From Salinivirgaceae bacterium (GTDB lineage Bacteria; Bacteroidota; Bacteroidia; Bacteroidales; SZUA-534), in assembly GCA_017551905.1 (NCBI GenBank), contig JAFZKK010000161.1, positions 127 through 64,126 of the forward strand: a stretch of 64,000 nt of DNA, given 5' to 3'. Each line of letters opens with the position of its first letter. Within the stretch, counting starts at the first letter, position 1. The position numbers were made by a program, and so were the translations under genes. Under the pieces are notes generated by a model. That model was not told the origin of the DNA and did not search any database. It saw only the letters and a list, made by a program, of their open reading frames with translations. Shown piece after piece: positions 8,946 through 17,987 of the stretch.

Positions 8946-10733
8946 ATGGACAACATCCGCAATTTCTGCATCATAGCGCACATCGACCACGGCAAAAGCA
9001 CTCTGGCCGACCGTCTGCTTCAGTACACGGGCACCGTCAACGAGCGGCAGGCGCAGGACCAGGTTCTCGACGATATGGACCTTGAGCGCGAGCGCGGCAT
9101 TACCATCAAGAGCCACGCCATCCAAATGGACTACACTTACGAAGGCAAAAAATATGTTCTGAACCTGATTGACACCCCGGGGCACGTCGATTTCTCGTAC
9201 GAGGTGTCGCGGTCGATTGCCGCCTGCGAGGGCGCGCTGCTCATTGTCGACGCCACGCAAGGCATTCAGGCTCAAACCATTTCGAACCTGTACCTGGCCA
9301 TCGAGCATAATCTTGAGATAATCCCCGTCATCAATAAAATCGACCTTCCGAACGCTATGCCCGAGGAGGTGAAGGACCAGATTGTGGACCTTATCGGCTG
9401 CGACCGCGACGACATTCTGGCGGCCAGCGGCAAGACGGGCGAGGGCGTGGATAAGATTCTGGAACGCATTGTGCAGGTGATTCCGCCGCCAAAAGGCGAC
9501 CCGCAGGCACCGCTTCAGGCGCTGATTTTCGATTCGGTTTTCAACTCGTTCCGCGGCATCATCGCCTATTTCAAGATTGTGAACGGCGAGATTGCCACAG
9601 GCGATTTTGTGAAGTTTGTGAACACAGGCAAGCAATATAACGCCGACGAGGTGGGCGTCCTTCGGCTCGACCGCGAACCGCGCAAGGTGCTGAAAACTGG
9701 CGACGTGGGTTACATTATTTCGGGCATCAAGACATCGCGCGAGGTGAAGGTGGGCGACACCATCACTCACGTCGACCGTCCGTGCGCCGCTGCTATCGAG
9801 GGTTTCGAAGAGGTGAAGCCGATGGTGTTCGCGGGTGTCTATCCTGTGGTGGCCGACGAGTATGAGGACCTTCGCGCATCGCTCGAGAAACTGCAGCTGA
9901 ACGACGCTTCGCTGACTTTCCAACCCGAATCGTCCGCGGCTTTGGGATTCGGCTTCCGCTGCGGCTTCCTGGGTCTGCTTCATATGGAAATCATTCAGGA
10001 ACGGCTCGACCGCGAGTTCAATATGGACGTCATCACAACAGTGCCAAACGTTTCGTTCATCTGCCACACCAAAAAAGGCGAAACGCTTGAGGTGCACAAC
10101 CCATCGGGGTTGCCAGCGGTGAACACCATCGACTATATTGAGGAGCCGTACATCAACGCGCAGATAATTTCGAATGTCGATTACATCGGCAACATAATGA
10201 AACTCTGCATCGAGAAGCGCGGCGTGCTGAAGAACCAGACCTACGTGACGGGCAACCGTGTTGAGGTGACGTTCGATATGCCGCTGTCGGAGATTGTGTT
10301 CGATTTTTATGACAAACTGAAAAGTATATCAAAGGGTTACGCATCGTTCGACTACCACCCGAGCGGATACGGACGAGCCAATCTTGTGAAACTCGATATC
10401 CTGTTGAACGGCGAGGGTGTCGACGCGCTGTCGTCGCTCATTCACGCCGACCACGCCTACGATTTGGGCCGCAAAATGTGCGAGAAGCTGAAAGAGCTGA
10501 TTCCGCGCCAACAGTTCGACGTGGCCATTCAGGCGGCTATCGGCGCCAAAATCATTGCCCGCGAAACCGTCCGCCAGGTGCGCAAGGACGTGACGGCCAA
10601 ATGCTACGGCGGCGACGTGTCGCGCAAACGCAAACTGCTTGAAAAACAGAAAGAAGGCAAGAAACGTATGCGCCAGATAGGCACCGTTGAGGTGCCGCAG
10701 AAGGCGTTTTTGGCGGTGTTGAAGTTGGATTAA
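8946..10733 (+). CDS. lepA: Elongation factor 4 (LepA)
   Basis: [25 protein letters not shown] (G1 motif), [13 protein letters not shown], and the LepA-specific C-terminal region. I chose the start at ATG 8946; the ORF track extends it to 8904. Confidence 0.95.
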   Translation: MDNIRNFCIIAHIDHGKSTLADRLLQYTGTVNERQAQDQVLDDMDLERERGITIKSHAIQMDYTYEGKKYVLNLIDTPGHVDFSYEVSRSIAACEGALLIVDATQGIQAQTISNLYLAIEHNLEIIPVINKIDLPNAMPEEVKDQIVDLIGCDRDDILAASGKTGEGVDKILERIVQVIPPPKGDPQAPLQALIFDSVFNSFRGIIAYFKIVNGEIATGDFVKFVNTGKQYNADEVGVLRLDREPRKVLKTGDVGYIISGIKTSREVKVGDTITHVDRPCAAAIEGFEEVKPMVFAGVYPVVADEYEDLRASLEKLQLNDASLTFQPESSAALGFGFRCGFLGLLHMEIIQERLDREFNMDVITTVPNVSFICHTKKGETLEVHNPSGLPAVNTIDYIEEPYINAQIISNVDYIGNIMKLCIEKRGVLKNQTYVTGNRVEVTFDMPLSEIVFDFYDKLKSISKGYASFDYHPSGYGRANLVKLDILLNGEGVDALSSLIHADHAYDLGRKMCEKLKELIPRQQFDVAIQAAIGAKIIARETVRQVRKDVTAKCYGGDVSRKRKLLEKQKEGKKRMRQIGTVEVPQKAFLAVLKLD

Positions 10734-10775
10734 ATTAAGGCATTAGGCACCAGGCAAAAGGCATAAGGGGCGTTG
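10734..10775. repeat. Short-period degenerate tandem repeat (heptamer GGCAnnA)
   Basis: ggcatta ggcacca ggcaaaa ggcataa lies directly after the lepA stop codon. Confidence 0.6.
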
Positions 10776-10871
10776 GGTTTAATGAATTTGTAGGGACGCA
10801 CAGAAAATATGCTTGTTCGTTTTTTCTATTTTATTTCTACATTTGTAGTTAGGAAATTCAAAGACAGCACT

Positions 10872-11261
10872 ATGGCGAAAGACAAAGTGGCATATTGGCT
10901 CGACATAGCAAACTATGACCTTGATACAGCCGAAGCAATGTGTCGGACAGGACGTTGGCTTTATGTCGCATTTATGTGCCATCAAGTTATAGAAAAGACT
11001 TTGAAGGCATATTGGTGTAATACACAAACCGAGGAGCCGCCATACACTCACAACCATATGCGGTTGGCAGAAGGATGCGGGCTTTACGAGTCGATGAGCG
11101 ACAGTCAACGTGACTTTCTTGATACAATAACAAACTACAATATAGAAGCCAGATACCCCGAAGACAAAGAAGCACTATTTAGGGCGCTAACTTCGGAAGT
11201 GTGCAGACAATTGATTGACGAAACCAAACAATTACAGCAATGGATAAAAGACAAACTTTAA
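10872..11261 (+). CDS. HEPN domain protein (toxin-like partner of the downstream nucleotidyltransferase)
   Basis: MAKDKVAYWLDIANYDLDTAEAMCRTGRWLYVAFMCHQVIEKTLKAYW is typical of the HEPN N-terminus. It overlaps the downstream NTase gene by 22 nt. Start chosen at the internal ATG 10872. Confidence 0.7.
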   Translation: MAKDKVAYWLDIANYDLDTAEAMCRTGRWLYVAFMCHQVIEKTLKAYWCNTQTEEPPYTHNHMRLAEGCGLYESMSDSQRDFLDTITNYNIEARYPEDKEALFRALTSEVCRQLIDETKQLQQWIKDKL

Positions 11262-11557
11262 CCCGCGATGAAGCACTTGCTCTTGTCCGCCAATATAAGC
11301 AAGTAATCAGCCGACGCTTTGAAGTGGAGCCGAAAGTTGTGATGTTTGGCTCATACTCAAAGGGTTATGCCAATCCTGACAGCGATATTGACGTGGCTGT
11401 AATTGTGCCCACCTACAAAGGAAACAAATTTGATATGTCGAAAGGTTTGTGGCGCGATGTGCGCAATGTTAGTTTCCTAATCGAGCCTGTTCTTATGGCC
11501 GAAGATTGTTGGTCGCCACTCTACGACGATGTTATGCGCACGGGTGTGGCGGTGTAG
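11240..11557 (+). CDS. Minimal nucleotidyltransferase (MNT) domain protein
   Basis: 105-aa ORF with the Pol-beta-type NTase motif GSYSKGYANPDSDIDVAVIV. Confidence 0.75.
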   Translation: MDKRQTLTRDEALALVRQYKQVISRRFEVEPKVVMFGSYSKGYANPDSDIDVAVIVPTYKGNKFDMSKGLWRDVRNVSFLIEPVLMAEDCWSPLYDDVMRTGVAV

Positions 11558-11574
11558 TTTGTTGATTATGAAAA

Positions 11575-12480
11575 TCAGTAATTCTTAATTTCTATTTTGT
11601 GTTGCAATTCGTTATTGCTCAACCATTCAGATACTTTTTTTATTGCCAAACTCTTTAATTGACATTTCTTATCGAAAAACTGTATAGTTGAAGCAACTAT
11701 CAATTCTATAAAATTGAAATATTGACTTGAATAATCTTTGTGATTATATGCCTTCCAAAAATTTAATGCAGGAATAAGCAACTGTCTCATTTCATCTATA
11801 TCTTTATTGGGGCTATAAATAAAAGCAGGCCATAATATCTCATATAAATCGGGTTTTTCTGGAGTAGTGCGGCAATATTCGCGAGTATTATCATCTAATC
11901 GGTCGTAAACAGTTCTTTCAAAAACTAATCTCGGCCCTTTTATCATTGTTTCTAATTTCACTGCATTACAAATGGCTTTCCCTGCCAGCACTTCGGTTTT
12001 TGAAGGTCCGCCATTGACTATTTTTATTATATCAACTAAACGTGCCGAATCATACGCTATTCCCCCTCTGAATAAAGGTGGATACCAACAATGCCCGTCA
12101 CTTATTTCTTCTATCTTTGATTTACCTTTGGAATTTCTATAATAACCCGCTGTTAAAATAAAAGAGTCCAAAACAAAGTTTCCTAATTGTTTGATAAAAG
12201 AATTACAATCTCTTGACATTAAAAAAATTGAATCAGAAGCAGGGAGAAAATAGTCAAAACTATCAACATAACGCATTTTTGCTGATTCTTGAAGTTCTTC
12301 TTCATATGTGTCAGGAGGGTTAATTAGATATTCATTAAGTTTTTGGCTCAAAATTGTGTTATAACTATCAATAGGTGTTAATGCTTCGTCAATAGGGATA
12401 TCATTATTATAGCGGTCTTTTGTCCCCAGTAAATCAATGAATGCTACAATCTTTGGTGTGTCTTTTTGTCCAGTTTTCAT
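11575..12480 (-). CDS. Class III nucleotidyl cyclase-like (CHD/palm fold) protein with an uncharacterised ~100-aa C-terminal extension
   Basis: 301-aa ORF in a visibly AT-rich islet. The motif series is colinear with adenylate/guanylate cyclase catalytic domains: KIVAFIDLLGTKD (F-x-D-[IL]-x-G-[FT]), LPASDSIFLM (second metal Asp), LFRGGIAYD (R-x-G-h-x-x-G), GKAICNAVKLE (G-x-x-V/I-N-x-A-x-R/K-h-E), GPRLVFERTVYDRL. Confidence 0.55.
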   Translation of the reverse strand: MKTGQKDTPKIVAFIDLLGTKDRYNNDIPIDEALTPIDSYNTILSQKLNEYLINPPDTYEEELQESAKMRYVDSFDYFLPASDSIFLMSRDCNSFIKQLGNFVLDSFILTAGYYRNSKGKSKIEEISDGHCWYPPLFRGGIAYDSARLVDIIKIVNGGPSKTEVLAGKAICNAVKLETMIKGPRLVFERTVYDRLDDNTREYCRTTPEKPDLYEILWPAFIYSPNKDIDEMRQLLIPALNFWKAYNHKDYSSQYFNFIELIVASTIQFFDKKCQLKSLAIKKVSEWLSNNELQHKIEIKNY

Positions 12481-12725
12481 AAATCAAATAATAAAAGTAC
12501 TTTATAACAAATATACTCTATTGACTAATCAAATTTCTATTATGCCAATTTTTGCAATGTGATTAATCCTTTTTTGTTGAACTTTAATTACTTTAGCGAA
12601 ACAAATTGATGCCACAAACGTTTAATCCGTTGTTTGGCAAGAGTTTTTAATTTTAGAAAAGGAGTTAAAAAGAACATAGAAAAGGATTAAAATACAATAA
12701 AATAAAGCATTAGGGCTATTTCTTT

Positions 12726-12847
12726 CTGACTATAGAAATTTGGCGATTTTTTGGGCATAAGGAAGAAATAAGAATCAATTGCTACGCTTCGGCGTGCACT
12801 TGACTTATTTCGTTTATGCCAGGTTACGCCAAATACCTTATAGTCAG
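12726..12847. ncRNA. Long imperfect hairpin (candidate structured RNA or MITE-like palindrome)
   Basis: Outer stem ctgactata..atttggcg (12726-12745) pairs with cgccaaat..tatagtcag (12827-12847). Second stem ggcataa..gaaataag (12754-12772) pairs with cttatttc..ttatgcc (12804-12820). Apical acgc-TTCG-gcgt tetraloop hairpin. A T7 run sits at 12870-12876. Confidence 0.3.
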
Positions 12848-12968
12848 CGGGAGACGTCGAGTTTCACGCTTTTTTTATTGCCAAAAATTGAAGTATTGAC
12901 ATATTGGTTAACGGCTTGAAAAACGAATTTATTTAATTGTTTATTAATAACTTACAAAAATTAGAATT

Positions 12969-14036
12969 ATGAAAAGAGTTTTCACTTTAGGATTGACAGC
13001 CACAATGTTGGTTGCACTGACATTCACAAATTGCAAAGACGACGACGAGGAATATGAGCCGATGAAGGCAGGTGTTCTGAATGAGAAAACAGGTTTGCGC
13101 GTGTCGCAGTGCGCTTCACCATCGGGCGATGTTTACAAATTCTTTTACAAATCGAACGGTTGGATTGAGCAGATTGACGCCACCTGTGCCGACGGCACTT
13201 CCGAAACAGCCGATTTTTCATATAGCCCCAACAAAATATCGCTTATGGATTACGATAAAAATGGCACCCCCGAAGATGGCGATGATATTGCTATCAGTTA
13301 TAATAGCAAAGGCTATGTGTCTGAAATAGAATACAATGTAAAAGTGGAAGATGTTGAAGGCTACAGCGGTAGTGGGGATATGAAAATAACAGAGTCGTAT
13401 TCGTATGACGGCGAATATCTGTCGGCAATCAGCCATACGGAGGAATTGAAATATGAATATTATGAATTGGCAAGAGAACTCAACGCCGTATATAATGTGA
13501 AATACACGCTTACGTGGAACGATGGCAAACTACAGAAGATATTGTACGAAGACGAGGAAACAACAAGCGTTTCGGGCGGCACGCTGGACAAAGAGAAGAA
13601 GACGTCAATAAAAGAAACTGCCACTCTGGCATTTGCATACAAAAATCCGACGAAAAACATTTGGGGACAATGGGCTCAATCGCAGACATTGTTATTCGCG
13701 GAAAACGAGGATTTGGCTGAAATGTTCGCATACGTTGGTTTATTAGGCAAAGGTTCTTCGACACTGCCGTCGGCGGCGACTTGCACGACGAAGGTTGTGG
13801 AAACGTCGGAAACTGGCAAAAAAACTTCTTCGGAAAACACCCTAAACTACAATTTCGCACACGCGCTCAATAAAGCTAATGCCATATATTCCACCACTAT
13901 AAACGATGTCGTGTATAAGTTTGGGTATGACTATGCCGAAGTTGTCAGTGCGAAAGCTATTGGCAAAGGCGACAAACTACGTAGCGGAGCGCGGTTTATG
14001 AAACGCGACATTCAATCAAAACTTCGTGATTTCTAA
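12969..14036 (+). CDS. Hypothetical lipoprotein
   Basis: 355-aa ORF with signal peptide and lipobox (MKRVFTLGLTATMLVALTFTNC|KDDD). First gene of a same-strand four-gene surface-protein cluster. Confidence 0.6.
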   Translation: MKRVFTLGLTATMLVALTFTNCKDDDEEYEPMKAGVLNEKTGLRVSQCASPSGDVYKFFYKSNGWIEQIDATCADGTSETADFSYSPNKISLMDYDKNGTPEDGDDIAISYNSKGYVSEIEYNVKVEDVEGYSGSGDMKITESYSYDGEYLSAISHTEELKYEYYELARELNAVYNVKYTLTWNDGKLQKILYEDEETTSVSGGTLDKEKKTSIKETATLAFAYKNPTKNIWGQWAQSQTLLFAENEDLAEMFAYVGLLGKGSSTLPSAATCTTKVVETSETGKKTSSENTLNYNFAHALNKANAIYSTTINDVVYKFGYDYAEVVSAKAIGKGDKLRSGARFMKRDIQSKLRDF

Positions 14037-14067
14037 AATAACATAATTAATTTAAAATCAAATTGAT

Positions 14068-14652
14068 ATGAAAAAGATTTTTAGTGCGTTGCTCGCAATG
14101 CTATGGATTGTGAATTTTGCCGACGCGCAAAAAACAACAACCACAACTGTTGAAATAACTGCAACAGAGGCTCGTATGACAGATGCGATTGCAAATGTGT
14201 TTGCCCGTCCTGTCATCTGTGATGTTGTTGTAAAGAAATATCAGAGTGGAGCCCAATGGTGTATCGAGACCGAGAACAACACCATTGACAAAGCCACAGG
14301 TCGTTTCACCGACCACTGGTTTATCTCTTCGTCAGACTTTTATGCTATAATCGGCAACACAAAGACATTCGACGAAAGCAGCCGCAGCGAGTTGCGGAAC
14401 TACGGCATTTTCCTTTCGCAGCAATATCATAAGTGTGATGCTATTCTGGCACCGATATTCAATTTTCGGACAGTCCAACGCAACGAGAAGAACGCGCACA
14501 AAGGCGATTATGAAATATCAATCAGCGGTTATGCTGCTGATTTCGTGAATTTTAAAAACGCAACAAGTGAGGATATAAATCTCATTATCAAAAGCAGTGG
14601 CGCACAGCAAAACGTTGGTGCTGTTGATTCACAAAACATTCAGTTAAAGTGA
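14068..14652 (+). CDS. Hypothetical secreted protein
   Basis: 194-aa ORF with signal peptide MKKIFSALLAMLWIVNFADA|QK. Confidence 0.55.
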   Translation: MKKIFSALLAMLWIVNFADAQKTTTTTVEITATEARMTDAIANVFARPVICDVVVKKYQSGAQWCIETENNTIDKATGRFTDHWFISSSDFYAIIGNTKTFDESSRSELRNYGIFLSQQYHKCDAILAPIFNFRTVQRNEKNAHKGDYEISISGYAADFVNFKNATSEDINLIIKSSGAQQNVGAVDSQNIQLK

Positions 14653-14667
14653 TTTAAATCTAAAAAA

Positions 14668-15303
14668 ATGAAGCGAATCTTATTATTTGTAATGTCTGTA
14701 TTGCTCTGCGGCGTAGTTGATGCACAAATTGTGCATTCAAGTAGCAGTCGACAACTCTCGCAGCCCACAGTTGAAAGAAAAGGCTATTTCAAAACAGGTT
14801 ATCGCGGTTTTATTGAGGCTGGTATAGGCGCAGGCTTCAACAACAATATTGATGAGGACTATACCAATCTGTCAATAAGCACAATTCACGGCTGTGAATT
14901 GTTCGGGCATTTGTTTGTGGGTTTAGGCGTTGGCGCACAGACATTTATGGTCAACAAAGATGAGGATACAAAAAAACAAAACAAAGAGAAAGGAAAAGAA
15001 ACGGAAACGGTAAGTTTCGAGTCGTTCCCGATTTTTTCCACCGTGCGGTATGAATTTCTGAACCGAACCATTTCGCCATTTTTGGATATGCAGTGCGGTG
15101 GCACTGTCGGTGATTTCGATGGAGTGCATTTTGCATTGTCGGCAGGGTGCAGGTTCAGCCATTTCAACATTTCAATGGGCTACGCGCTTCAAAATTACAC
15201 TTACAACAACGGCAGCCTGAAACTTTATGCTGTAAACGAAGAGAGAAATATCAACTCGTTTATGGTTCGGTTGGCTTTTGATTGGGGTGCAAGGGTGAAG
15301 TAA
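14668..15303 (+). CDS. Small outer-membrane beta-barrel (porin-like) protein
   Basis: 211-aa ORF with signal peptide (..LLCGVVDA|Q), alternating hydrophobic/glycine-rich strands and an aromatic-rich C-terminal strand (FMVRLAFDWGARVK). Confidence 0.5.
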   Translation: MKRILLFVMSVLLCGVVDAQIVHSSSSRQLSQPTVERKGYFKTGYRGFIEAGIGAGFNNNIDEDYTNLSISTIHGCELFGHLFVGLGVGAQTFMVNKDEDTKKQNKEKGKETETVSFESFPIFSTVRYEFLNRTISPFLDMQCGGTVGDFDGVHFALSAGCRFSHFNISMGYALQNYTYNNGSLKLYAVNEERNINSFMVRLAFDWGARVK

Positions 15304-15350
15304 AACAACTCAAACCAATGAATATCAACTGTTTAAAGATTAATTATAAT

Positions 15351-17042
15351 ATGAGAAGAATAATTATTGCGTTGTTCTGTTTTTTAGTTGCAGGACAAGC
15401 GTTGGCGGGTGAAGGTCCTGATGAAATAAAATTCACAAAAGATGGCATTCATTATAAAGTTGAAAATGGATACGACTTCGAAAGTGGCATTGTATCATTT
15501 TTTAACGTATCGGTTTCGGGAATTGCAAAAAATCTCAATTCGGTTATTATCCCTTCAAAAGTCATTGATGCGGATGGTATAGAATATTCCGTTGTAAGTA
15601 TTGAATCTAAAGCGTTCATTAACAACATCAATCTAACATACATAATCATTCCGAAAACTGTTATGAAAATTGGAGACAACGCATTCAAAGGTTGTTCTAA
15701 TTTGTTGATTTTCTGTGAGGCAAAGACAAAACCTAAAGGTTGGAGCGAATCGTGGAATCCTGATGGTTGTTCAGTCGTATGGGAATGCAATGAACAAGAG
15801 TTGCATCAAGGCGATTCACTGTATTACAATGTTACAAGCAACACCAATCAACTGACAGCAGAAGTGGGATACCATCCATTCCATTTAAAATATACCACAA
15901 TCACCATTCCAAAAGAAATCCTATTCCCTGAATATGCTAACAATAAATTATATGCAGTCACGGGTATTGGCAAATATGCGTTCTATGGTTGTGATAAATT
16001 GGAATTCGTTACTATTCCCAACTCTGTAGAATATATTGGTTCGGGAGCATTTGCGGAATGCAGCAGTTTGAAATCCATAACCATTCCAAATTCAGTCAAA
16101 AATATTGATACTCTCGCATTTTACGAATGTGGCGGTTTGGAAACGGTTACCATACCAAAATCTGTCACAAATATCGGATTGGGCGCATTTGCCGATTGCG
16201 AAAGTTTGAAAGAAATTAATGTTGAGAATGGCAATACAGAATACAAGTCTGAAAATGGGGTGCTCTTTGATAAGGATAAATCGACATTGATATGCTGTCC
16301 CGCAGGAAAATCAGGCAAATATGACATTCCGAGCGGTGTTACTTCTATTTACGTTGGAGCATTCTCTGAATGTGGTAATTTGACGTCACTAACCATTCCT
16401 GACAAAGTTGCAGAAATAGGCGACGATGCGTTTTCGGGTTGCACGGGGTTGACATCTTTAACTATTCCTAATTCAGTCACATACATTGGTGAGTTCGCAT
16501 TCGACAGTTGCATCAATCTGAAATCGGTTATTATTCCCGTGTCTGTTATTTCAATTGGTGATAGTCTGTTCTCAAATTGCAGTAATTTAACCATCTACTG
16601 TGAGGCGGAATCAGAACCCGACGATTGGAAGCAATTCGATTGGAATCCAGACAATCGCCCTATTGTTTGGGGATATAATTCAACAGAAAACCAAGGTGGT
16701 GAACCAAATAATAATGGCAGTCAAAATGAAACCAAACCACAACCAACAACACCCGAAGGCATTATAGTGCATCACATTTTGGACATTATACACAATGTTA
16801 TCAGTATTGTTACCGACGTTGATGAAGATGCTGTTAATGAGGCGATTATATATACCTACGACAAAATGGTTGTGGTTGAGAATGCGGAAACCACAAATGG
16901 CGAAATTGAAGTCTTTGACATAAACGGACGAATGGTTGCCAAAGCCACAGCAAACAGCAGCCGCGTTGAGATTCCGATGCGGGCGCAAGGTGTTTACATT
17001 GTGCGTGTGGGTAACGTCGCCAAACGAGTGGTTGTGAATTGA
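15351..17042 (+). CDS. BspA-like leucine-rich-repeat surface protein with T9SS C-terminal sorting domain
   Basis: Signal peptide MRRIIIALFCFLVAGQALA. Many ~23-aa LRR units (IPNSV..IG..AF..C..L.S). C-terminal Por/T9SS-type tail (IEVFDINGRMVAKATANSSRVEIPMRAQGVYIVRVGNVAKRVVVN). Start chosen at ATG 15351. Confidence 0.8.
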   Translation: MRRIIIALFCFLVAGQALAGEGPDEIKFTKDGIHYKVENGYDFESGIVSFFNVSVSGIAKNLNSVIIPSKVIDADGIEYSVVSIESKAFINNINLTYIIIPKTVMKIGDNAFKGCSNLLIFCEAKTKPKGWSESWNPDGCSVVWECNEQELHQGDSLYYNVTSNTNQLTAEVGYHPFHLKYTTITIPKEILFPEYANNKLYAVTGIGKYAFYGCDKLEFVTIPNSVEYIGSGAFAECSSLKSITIPNSVKNIDTLAFYECGGLETVTIPKSVTNIGLGAFADCESLKEINVENGNTEYKSENGVLFDKDKSTLICCPAGKSGKYDIPSGVTSIYVGAFSECGNLTSLTIPDKVAEIGDDAFSGCTGLTSLTIPNSVTYIGEFAFDSCINLKSVIIPVSVISIGDSLFSNCSNLTIYCEAESEPDDWKQFDWNPDNRPIVWGYNSTENQGGEPNNNGSQNETKPQPTTPEGIIVHHILDIIHNVISIVTDVDEDAVNEAIIYTYDKMVVVENAETTNGEIEVFDINGRMVAKATANSSRVEIPMRAQGVYIVRVGNVAKRVVVN

Positions 17043-17111
17043 GGATTTTGTAAAATGTTGATTATGTGGTAGAGACGATGTGCACATCGTCTCTACTGCG
17101 TTCAAATAAAA

Positions 17112-17501
17112 TCACTTTAATTCGTAGAGAAAGTGCAGATTGTCACCTTCGGGGTTGAGAGAGAAAAATCCTTGTTTGATAATGTCGAGGCCAATTATGA
17201 CAGGGGTGTCGCTGGTTGGAAGGATAAGGACATCTTGTTCAAAGGTTTCGCCCGACGGCAGTTCAAACATACAATATGCAACCTTCACCGATACGGTTTC
17301 AGAGGCCGACTGCATATACATACCAACATCGCGTTGTTCAAGTTTGAGCCACGTGGCAAGTTCTTCGCTCACCCCCGACATTTCGGCACCCGTATCCCAC
17401 AGAGCAAGATTAGTGTATGTCGCTTTCCCAACAAGGGTATTGCGCAAAAGTACTGGCAGTTGCAGTAGTGTGCTTGCCTTTGGATAGTCTAATTCTAACA
17501 T
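17112..17501 (-). CDS. Retropepsin-like (clan AA) aspartic protease domain protein
   Basis: 129-aa ORF with the catalytic-type motif ALWDTGAEMSGVS and the late VIIGLDIIK motif typical of single-domain bacterial retropepsin-like proteins. An upstream out-of-frame ORF (17410..17616) overlaps it. Confidence 0.6.
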   Translation of the reverse strand: MLELDYPKASTLLQLPVLLRNTLVGKATYTNLALWDTGAEMSGVSEELATWLKLEQRDVGMYMQSASETVSVKVAYCMFELPSGETFEQDVLILPTSDTPVIIGLDIIKQGFFSLNPEGDNLHFLYELK

Positions 17502-17755
17502 CTTGTGAACCCTTTACACGGCTCACCTTTACGCTATGCACATAATTGTCGGGTATTGTAACCGAATATCCGCCTACGTGAACCTGTTTCATATTTGTTA
17601 GTTTTAAATTCGCCATAAAGATAATGAAAATCAGAATTGATTGTTTAATTTCTTGTTTGCTAAAACCACTGCGTTTCCCCCTAATTTTATTTTCTCTAAT
17701 TTTGCGGTTGATATGGCGTTAGAGAAATAGCCATATTTGCAACATATTTAATGAT

Positions 17756-17974
17756 ATGAACCGCGAAGAAGTAATCGAACAAATCAAATCCGTTCCAGAG
17801 GAATATTTGGACGAAATTTCGCAATATATCAGCGACTTAATGGGTGGTAACAAACGCAAAAAAAAGAGCCAGGGGTTAAGAGAATTTTATGGTATAATGA
17901 ATTTGGGTGATGGCCTTGAAATTCAAAAACAAATGCGCAACGAATGGAACAGAGATATACAACTAAACTTCTAA
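17756..17974 (+). CDS. Small hypothetical protein (antitoxin-like)
   Basis: 72-aa ORF. The N-terminus MNREEVIEQIKSVPEEYLDEISQYISDL resembles DUF2281-type small antitoxins. No toxin partner was seen. Confidence 0.35.
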   Translation: MNREEVIEQIKSVPEEYLDEISQYISDLMGGNKRKKKSQGLREFYGIMNLGDGLEIQKQMRNEWNRDIQLNF

Positions 17975-17987
17975 ACTCTAAACTTTT

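Noticed and set aside
12481-12725. Retron-like interpretation (ncRNA upstream of a polymerase-fold gene)
   Set aside because: The adjacent 301-aa protein has cyclase-type motifs, not reverse-transcriptase motifs (no YxDD box). The hairpin lacks the obvious msr/msd a1/a2 organisation. I kept it only as an unexplained structured element.
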